Position numbers and translations under genes: made by a program. A DNA stretch of 64,000 nucleotides, taken from Iphione sp. A-MEVVRFRX5 (taxonomy: Eukaryota). Position 1 is the stretch's first letter. Each line of letters opens with the position of its first letter. The stretch lies in contig OZ320318.1 in NCBI GenBank assembly GCA_976226885.1, forward strand, positions 32,984,001 to 33,048,000, in the 5' to 3' direction. The notes below the pieces were generated by a model, which was not told the DNA's origin, searched no databases, and saw nothing but the letters and a program-made list of their open reading frames with translations. Shown piece by piece: positions 61,713-64,000 of this stretch.

Positions 61713-64000
61713 AATAATAAAAAATTGTATATCCAAGGATTTCAATTAATTTGCCTAACACTTTCTTAATTGAACATTTCCGTCTAAGCTCAATATTTTC
61801 TAGTGATTTCCTACCAGTGGTGAACATTTAGTGTAAATTAATGTGATCATGTTTCACATTTAACCCTGTTCTCTTGCTGTGGTAACTAAATTCATACAGT
61901 ATATGATATTGCAAATTGTATGTTGAACCAAAAACTACCACTGAAGCTATATTGACCTACATTTACCTCTTGAAATTACACTATTTTTGGGGATCAGAAA
62001 GGAGTTAAGTTACATTGGCCTGCCTGTAATGTCCGCCGCCTGAAAAACACGAAATTTACCGTTAATGCTGCCTATGGTCCAGCGCTAGGGGTGGCACCCG
62101 AAGCTTTCCATACACGGGCCCCCTGGACCTATACATTTGATAAGAACCCGTCTTCCTAGACCACTCTATCAGGACGGTCTGTCGTCCTCACAAAAGAGGG
62201 GATGTTGCTTAGGAATGAGTGGCCCAATGCTGCCAAGTAACCAAGAGATTTGACGCTACCAAATTGGCAGCGTATTTGAGGGAAAAGAAGACTAGGCAAA
62301 CAGGAGTCTTTCCGGTCAGTGAAAAATTGAGAGTTTCTGTTGATATAATTGATTTTTGATGAACAAATTAGACTTTAAATAAAAATATTTTTTATTAAGG
62401 TAAGACAAATTACGGATGACCATCTTAAATGCATGGGGAAGAGATGTGCTGTCAGCTTAACCATACAGGACATGAATGATAAAACGTACCATATGCATAC
62501 TCATGTAAACATCATATGAATATACGTCAAAGCACGTTCTGTATGGATAACGTTTGGGGATGACTTGCTTATAATTATCTTAGAGGTTATAAATAAATAT
62601 ACTGTTATATTTGCTCGATACGTGTACAGTCAGGTTTCGGTGCTGTTTTTTTTAGAATTTCAATTCAAATGGGAGGGAGGCTAAAACGAAATCTTATCGC
62701 TAAGGTGAGACTGCAAGTTACTATACTTTATGTTCAACATGGAGAACATACATTTTATGATATATATCATATATGTGATATATAGAACTTGGGGAAACTA
62801 TATATCTTTAACTGAGGAAATATGTCGTAGAAGACTGATTAAATCTATTCTATCTCGTTCATTATGTCCTCCCAGTCTAGCGCCATCCAGAGATCATGGA
62901 ATCATAGCAGTGGGTGTGGAGGGGCAGCCGAAGCATTACCAGCAGATGTGGACAGATATCGGTCGGCCCGCGTAACAAATAACCACTCCGAGCCATGTTT
63001 CCTTTCCACTTGATTGGGTTTGATTAACTATCCACCACCGTGGGACCTACTGCAGACTCAGCAGGGAGTTTGGCTCCGGTGTCAAGTGTCCATGGAAGCA
63101 AAGGACAAGCTGCTTCATCGAAAACCATGCCACCATTCTTGATGTCCTCAAGGAAAGGATTAATCTTTTTGAGATTTAAATCACGTCTCAATTTAGACAG
63201 ATTTGAGAATCAAAGAGCACATCTGACAATCAACAGGTTGTATCTTTTGGGGAATTAAACCATGTTTCAGACTTCGAAATTCGGTGAATTATACACCACA
63301 TCTCAGATTTCTCAGTTTGGGCATTTGGGAATGTTAAAGTACCATATCTTGGATCCAGCATCTATATGTTATTTATACATTATGAGTTCATTTTGCCACT
63401 GACATTGTCTTCATGAATGCGATCCTGATGTGTGTATGTGTAGTGCATGTGGAAGAAATTGTTGGTTTAGGAGATTCCTGAACCCTCATGCCTAGGGTCT
63501 TTTCATTGATTGATGTGTGTCCCCCCATGTCACTTAGTGTCTTAGTACGCGTGTATATATATGCATGTTTCTACGCGTGAACCACATATGTCTAAATTGT
63601 GTCTTTCGGTGCAAACCTGTTGGAAATAAACCGAGATTTGTGTAAATTGGGCTGCTTTAGCGTAAACCTCTCGGAAATCGACACACAACCCGCACTCACA
63701 ACCCGCACACACGCAAGCATTTGTATTCATTACAATTATCAACCATATCTCAGCAAAATGTTCTAACAAATACGAAATAAAACATCAAGACTGACATTTG
63801 ATGGAACCATTTCTTCTAAGTTGACATTTACACAAACGTAAAATAAGACCTATTTTGTTTCCCTTGTCGATATAATTAATGTATTCTCAAATATCAACAA
63901 GGCCCTTTCCTTTTCTCCCCATTTTTCTTTAGAAAATGTCCACTTGTTAATTTAGCGACTTTTCCACGCAGCAGGCAGGTATAGTTGATCTGCTGATTGG

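Overview
AT-rich eukaryotic (animal, probably marine invertebrate) genomic DNA that is dense in transposable elements. I could not identify a host protein-coding gene, tRNA, rRNA or CRISPR array. Main contents: (1) an intact, apparently very young Ngaro/PAT-type tyrosine-recombinase retrotransposon (7485-11599, +) with identical split direct repeats A1-gag-pol-YR-B1-A2-B2, in which gag and RT/RNaseH are in the same frame and separated only by a TGA in the leaky TGA-CTAG context; (2) a nested TE pile at 23.7-33.5 kb: a second Ngaro-type element split by a CR1/L2-like LINE and by an array of seven 26-bp covarying palindromes, a third Ngaro-type element abutting it head-to-tail, and an intron-containing piggyBac relic; (3) a near-intact Neptune-type Penelope-like element (56554-61712, -) with identical 267-bp terminal repeats, a hammerhead ribozyme in each repeat, a 16-bp target duplication and an unusual extra C2H2 zinc-finger ORF; (4) Zator-like, CACTA-like, pogo-like and hAT-like MITEs, a second LINE relic, an LTR-like segment, and a 31-bp minisatellite with a 4-mer higher-order repeat. 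Most short ORFs in the track are non-coding noise or antisense shadows of TE ORFs.
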